Part shown: positions 48,995 through 51,312 of the stretch, in pieces
Layout of the letters: each line of letters starts with the position of its first letter
How positions within the stretch are numbered: the first letter of the stretch is position 1
NCBI GenBank assembly: GCA_027488165.1
Contig: JAIYCF010000061.1
Coordinates: forward strand, 1 to 51,312
Length of the DNA stretch: 51,312 bases
Direction: 5' to 3'
Source: Streptomycetaceae bacterium
GTDB taxonomy: Bacteria > Actinomycetota > Actinomycetes > Nanopelagicales > Nanopelagicaceae
Program-made: the position numbers and the translations under genes
Notes under the pieces: generated by a model
What the model was told of the DNA's origin: nothing
Seen by the model: only the letters and a program-made list of their open reading frames with translations
Database searches by the model: none

Positions 48995-51312
48995 ATCGCT
49001 CTCTCGATTAATTTGCGCGACCACTTTTCATAAGCCTGGCGTAGGTCCCAGGCACCGCTAGCGTTGATCGAGATACCGCGTTCGCCGGTGCGCCTAGTTT
49101 TGCCACGGACTAACAATAAGGATGTTGAGTAGAGAGTGGAAGCAAAACCCTCTTGTGCATCAGAGAAGAATGTTGAATCGGTGCAGCCATAACCATCATC
49201 GAGAGTTAAGAAGATAACGCGCCGCCCAGAACGCACTGGCGGGGTCTGCATCGCAACCTTTACTCCCGCAACCAAGACATCGCTCTGTGATCGCAGCGTT
49301 AGTAGATCTGATGATTTAACTGCGCCGATGGCATTTAGAAATGGCGCATAGAACTCGAGCATATGGTGGGTGATATCCATTCCTAAACGTTCTACTTCGT
49401 TGCGCACTTTTTCGGAAGCGCCCATCGCAGGTAGACCACTGGTGGCAAGTGCGGGTGGGGCAAAGCCAAAGACCATCTGCGATCCAGAAACATTTGAGGC
49501 AGGTGAACGAGTTAGGTCAGATAAATGCAGAAGTAGATCGCGATGATTTAAGGCGCCATTACTAAGCGAGTGCACGCGATCGAAAGCGCCAGTCATAATT
49601 AAGGTTTCGATAATTGGATGTGAGGCGCCTGATCTGCGATAGAAATCTGCAAGATCGATATATGGGCGACCTGCGATTATCGAAGTTATCTCCCCTTCGC
49701 TGATTCCGCCAACTGTAGAAAGTGCGATACGTACGCTGTAAGCACCATCGCTACTTTTTTCAACTGTATAACTTTCGTTAGAGAAATTGATATCAAGCGG
49801 TGCAAGCCCAACTCCTAACTGGCGAGCTTCATCAACCATTAAACGCTTTGGGTACATGCCAGGGTCGTGGGTAAGAACTCCAGCGATAAATGCTGCTGGG
49901 TAATGGGTCTTTAGGTAAGCAGATTGATAAGTAGGGAGTGCAAATGCTGCGGCGTGCGCTTTACAGAAACCAAAGGATGCAAAGGCGCGCAAGACATCCC
50001 AAATCTCGGTAATAGTTGTTAAATCGTAACCGCGCGCGGTTGCGGCAGGAAAGAACCAATCGCAGACTTCTTGTTGACCTTCCTTGCTGCCTAAAGCGCG
50101 CCGTTTTTCATCGGCGGCAGCCAGAGATATGCCAGTCATAGTGGCAATAATCGAGATCACTTGTTCGTGAAATACAACCACACCTTCGGTTTCCGCCAAG
50201 ATCTCATATAAATCAGGGTGAATTATCTGCGCCGATGTAAAGCCATGGCGCGCGCTTAAGAAGGGGCGGATCATGTCGCTCTTAACTGGGCCGGGGCGAA
50301 AGAGTGAGATATCGATAACGAGATCGTTAAAAGTTTTGGGAGTTAACTTTCCGACTAGCTCGCGTTGGCCTGGGCTTTCAACTTGAAAGATACCTAAGGT
50401 GCGCGTTGATTGGATTAACTCATAGGTTGGCGCATCATCTAGCGGCACAGCATCAATATCAACTTCTGTCTCATCAACTCGTTTTATCTCAGCAACTGCG
50501 TGAGCAATAGTTGATTGCATTCGCACGCCAAGGATGTCTAGTTTTAGTAAACCAATTTCTTCAACGTCATCTTTATCGAATTCCACCATCGGATAACCGC
50601 CGGCGTTGAACTGCACTGGTGCGCGATCGAGCAGACCCGCATCAGAAAGAACGACAGCGCAGGGATGCATCGCTAAATGGCGCGGCAGACCGTCAAGGCG
50701 CTGGGCAAGTGAGATCGCCATCGCGGTAAGGGGCGCCGATAAATTAAGTGAGCGAAGTTCGGGAAGTGATTTAAGGGTTGCTTCGATATTTCGAGCACGA
50801 ATATGCGGCATAGATTTTGCAATTAAATCGATCTCCATCGGAGCAATACCTAGCGCAGAACCAGCATCGCGAATGGCATTTCGCGCCCGGTAAGTGTCGA
50901 CCATGGCAACGGTTGCACATCGCGAGAGCGCACCAGGTGCGCGCCAATCGGTATCGCCATAACGTTTAAAGACCAGGTCATAAATTTCCAGACGCCGTGC
51001 AGATTCAACATCGATATCTATATCGGGCAAGGCGCGACGTAGTGGCGAACAGAAACGTTCCATTAATAAACCGTGGCGCATCGGATCAACGCCAGAGATG
51101 CCAAGTAAGTGACAAATAAGTGAACCTGCACCGCTGCCGCGAGCAGCAACTCGGATATTGCGTTCACGCGCCATATCGGTGATATCAGCAACGGTTAAAA
51201 AGTATGACTCGTAACCAAGGGTTGCAACAGTTGCTAGCTCATCATCTAAACGAGCGCGGGCTTTAGCGATCATGGAAGAATCGTTGTAGCGCCAATTGAT
51301 TCCGGATTCGCA
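48991..51312 (-). CDS. dnaE2: second DNA polymerase III alpha (DnaE2-like, probably error-prone), 5' part outside the window
   Basis: RGSGAGS, PDIDIDVE, LPRHLAMHPC, DKDD, KLDILG, FQVESPGQ, FGFCKAHAAAFA, PGMYP and OB fold. The frame stays open for 13 codons upstream of ATG 51273, to the window edge. Confidence 0.85.
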   Translation of the reverse strand, partial: CESGINWRYNDSSMIAKARARLDDELATVATLGYESYFLTVADITDMARERNIRVAARGSGAGSLICHLLGISGVDPMRHGLLMERFCSPLRRALPDIDIDVESARRLEIYDLVFKRYGDTDWRAPGALSRCATVAMVDTYRARNAIRDAGSALGIAPMEIDLIAKSMPHIRARNIEATLKSLPELRSLNLSAPLTAMAISLAQRLDGLPRHLAMHPCAVVLSDAGLLDRAPVQFNAGGYPMVEFDKDDVEEIGLLKLDILGVRMQSTIAHAVAEIKRVDETEVDIDAVPLDDAPTYELIQSTRTLGIFQVESPGQRELVGKLTPKTFNDLVIDISLFRPGPVKSDMIRPFLSARHGFTSAQIIHPDLYEILAETEGVVVFHEQVISIIATMTGISLAAADEKRRALGSKEGQQEVCDWFFPAATARGYDLTTITEIWDVLRAFASFGFCKAHAAAFALPTYQSAYLKTHYPAAFIAGVLTHDPGMYPKRLMVDEARQLGVGLAPLDINFSNESYTVEKSSDGAYSVRIALSTVGGISEGEITSIIAGRPYIDLADFYRRSGASHPIIETLIMTGAFDRVHSLSNGALNHRDLLLHLSDLTRSPASNVSGSQMVFGFAPPALATSGLPAMGASEKVRNEVERLGMDITHHMLEFYAPFLNAIGAVKSSDLLTLRSQSDVLVAGVKVAMQTPPVRSGRRVIFLTLDDGYGCTDSTFFSDAQEGFASTLYSTSLLLVRGKTRRTGERGISINASGAWDLRQAYEKWSRKLIERAI

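Noticed and set aside
251-50893. Numerous 60-140 aa ORFs antisense to or out of frame within known genes (e.g. 16900-17265, 25394-25798, 39819-40199, 45635-46003, 11778-12206)
   Set aside because: They are fully overlapped by well-supported genes, show no recognisable motifs, and are the expected shadow of codon bias.

Overview
Core-genome window from a streamlined actinobacterium with moderate GC (roughly half by eye) and very short or overlapping intergenic spacers. Gene content and compaction suggest a freshwater acI / Nanopelagicales-like organism (inference, not a database result). Almost everything is on the minus strand. Reading from the right end: a partial second DnaE (DnaE2-like) coupled to dinB, DUF3040, the dcw cluster (mraZ-rsmH-ftsL-ftsI-murE-murF-mraY-murD-ftsW-murG-murC-ftsQ-ftsZ-pgeF-yggS-sepF-yggT, with no divIVA), ileS (the only plus-strand gene), a histone-like/DksA fusion, lspA, rluD, dnaE1, a his-trp block, a MauE/DoxX + DsbA + lgt module, a VIT1 transporter, gltBD, pyk, tRNA-Leu(CAA) and a partial ANTAR response regulator (PdtaR-like). 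I see no mobile elements, CRISPR arrays, prophage or defence genes. The most interesting signals are non-coding. (1) The loop region of the mraW RNA hairpin is an exact 11-nt complement of the mraZ ribosome-binding site. (2) A tRNA 3' end abuts the start codon of the ANTAR regulator. (3) The gltB leader holds an ANTAR-type hairpin with an alternative fold. Other oddities: a DsbA paired with a CGC-containing MauE/DoxX protein, an IleRS2 with a GTHH signature, a miniaturised trp-associated membrane protein, and a dnaE2-dinB pair. All product calls come from motif recognition and synteny, without database searches.
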